NCBI GenBank assembly: GCA_965242865.1
Contig: CBDETK010000013.1
Span: 4,608,001 to 4,672,000 of the forward strand
DNA: 64,000 nt
Direction of reading: 5' to 3'
Source of the DNA: Candidatus Latescibacterota bacterium
GTDB taxonomy: Bacteria; Latescibacterota; UBA2968; UBA8231
A program made the translations under genes and the position numbers. The notes beneath the pieces are model-generated. The model was not told the DNA's origin and did no database searches. It was given only the letters and a program-made list of their open reading frames with translations. This document shows positions 62,730 to 64,000 of this stretch, in pieces (positions within the stretch are counted from its first letter, which is position 1; each line of letters starts with the position of its first letter).

Positions 62730-64000
62730 CTACTTGAGCAGGATCATTTTCTCGACGAGAAAGACCGAGCCTGCTTGCAGCCGATAGAAGTAAATCCCCG
62801 CTGACAAATCGCGCCCGTCGTAGTGGACGGCGTACCGCCCTGCTGGCTGATACTCGGCGACGAGGGTGTGGAGGAACTGCCCCAAGGCATTGTGAATGGT
62901 CAACTGCACCTCGGCGGCTTGCGGCAGCGCGTACTGAATCGTCGTAGCCGGGTTGAACGGGTTGGGATAGTTGGGGCCGAGGGCAAACGCGGCCGGGGTG
63001 CTGGAGGCGATGGCACCGACGCGCCCTTCGGTGGCGGTCATGGCCGATTGCACGACCGGCTGGGCAAGCAGCACGGCCCGTCCGTCGCGGGCGGAGGGCA
63101 CTAGTTTGGCCCGGTCGTCGGCCACCCTCAAGGAGGTGCGCTGGCGGCCGCACTCGGCCGCTACCGCCCAGCGGGTCGCCCGGTAATCGAGCGTCGTCAC
63201 GACGGCGCGCCCCACGGAAACGCCCGGCACTGCATCGACCCGCGTCCACGGCACGAACTCGTCGCGGGGTTCGTCCAACTCAACCAACTTGCCGTGCTCG
63301 TCGGCACTGTACGTCATTAACATCTCGCGGTAAATGCGGTAGGCATCCACAAAGGCATGCTGGCTCGGCAAAGCCCACGTCAGCAGGACAAAGCCGCCCC
63401 AAGTGCTCGTGCTATCGGCCCCGAGGTAGTTTTCGGCGCGCACCCAATCGGGCGCGTCCAAGCCGGTATGGACCGTTAGGGTGAAGGGCAGGGTGGCCGC
63501 GTCGCCGTCGGCATCGGTGACCGTGTAGGTCCCCTGTATGGTGCTCGTCTGGCCCTCGTCGCCCAAGGCTGGGGGGGGGGAACCCTGCAACTGGCGGGTG
63601 TCAGGGTGGAACACCAAGCCGGCCGGCAGGTTTGACAGACTATACGTCAGCGGCTCGTCGCCGCCGCTGGCGGCCGGCAGGGACTGAGCAATCGGTTGGC
63701 AAGCGGTCGCCGTCAGCGGCGCGATCGCGGCGTCGCCAAAGGTCGGCATTAGATCGGCGTCGATGACGGCGATGGTAAACGTCAGGGTCGCTTCATCGCC
63801 GTCGGCATCGGTGACCGTGTAGGTGGCGACGGTGGTGTCGGCAGCGGTTGCCGCGCCGCGCAACTGGCGGGTGTTGGCATGGAACACCAAGCCGGCCGGC
63901 AGGTTCGACAGACTATACCGCAGCGGGTAGTCGCCGCCGCTGGCCGACGGCAGATCCACCGGCTCAATCGCTTCACCCGGCTCAATCGCTTCACCTACCT
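62730..64000 (-). CDS. 5'-truncated surface protein with putative Ig (He_PIG-like) repeats and a T9SS type-A C-terminal sorting domain
   Basis: Frame open to the window edge; two LP.ASGGD.PL.YSLSNLPAGLVF..TRQL.G..YTVTDADGD repeats; FALGPNYPNPFNPATTIQYALP..GIYFYRL..KMILLK. Confidence 0.88.
   Translation of the reverse strand, partial: VGEAIEPGEAIEPVDLPSASGGDYPLRYSLSNLPAGLVFHANTRQLRGAATAADTTVATYTVTDADGDEATLTFTIAVIDADLMPTFGDAAIAPLTATACQPIAQSLPAASGGDEPLTYSLSNLPAGLVFHPDTRQLQGSPPPALGDEGQTSTIQGTYTVTDADGDAATLPFTLTVHTGLDAPDWVRAENYLGADSTSTWGGFVLLTWALPSQHAFVDAYRIYREMLMTYSADEHGKLVELDEPRDEFVPWTRVDAVPGVSVGRAVVTTLDYRATRWAVAAECGRQRTSLRVADDRAKLVPSARDGRAVLLAQPVVQSAMTATEGRVGAIASSTPAAFALGPNYPNPFNPATTIQYALPQAAEVQLTIHNALGQFLHTLVAEYQPAGRYAVHYDGRDLSAGIYFYRLQAGSVFLVEKMILLK
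63960..63995. repeat. Perfect 18-bp in-frame tandem duplication
   Basis: cggctcaatcgcttcacc x2, encoding GEAIEP GEAIEP. Confidence 0.8.

Noticed and set aside
61801-63249. 482-aa minus-strand ORF
   Set aside because: Overlaps the aldolase antisense and the T9SS-tail gene out of frame; low-complexity shadow

Overview
GC-rich bacterial window. The gene content (FG-GAP/ASPIC-UnbV proteins, many TPR proteins, FlgD-Ig and T9SS-type C-terminal tails, TWGxxK tails, DUF6785/6784-like transporter, PhyH, ankyrin) suggests an FCB-group lineage such as Latescibacterota, possibly a sponge-type symbiont; this is inference. About 50 kb is a paralog-rich cell-envelope locus. It holds three large predicted outer-membrane proteins with a near-invariant acidic Ca-binding-like segment, four exported discoidin-like/FlgD-Ig proteins ending in [LV]x[LV][AV]Y, two CBM9/DOMON-like proteins with a [TS]WGRLK tail, two paralogous lipoproteins, two PpiC foldase lipoproteins, four CRTAC1-like propellers, two GT-C+TPR glycosyltransferases, and a PorV-like barrel / giant TPR / ExbB / ExbD / TonB-like-DUF4159 operon. 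I propose this is an uncharacterised ExbBD-energised, T9SS-related surface export/assembly or uptake system. Interspersed are aroA, catabolic enzymes, two low-GC two-gene islets (one is a DUF6338-like protein plus a GYRP-repeat peptide), REP/MITE elements (one translated inside a signal peptide), an autoregulated XRE gene and a dynamin-ankyrin chimera. No rRNA, tRNA, CRISPR array or transposase was seen. All family calls come from recognised motifs, not database searches.
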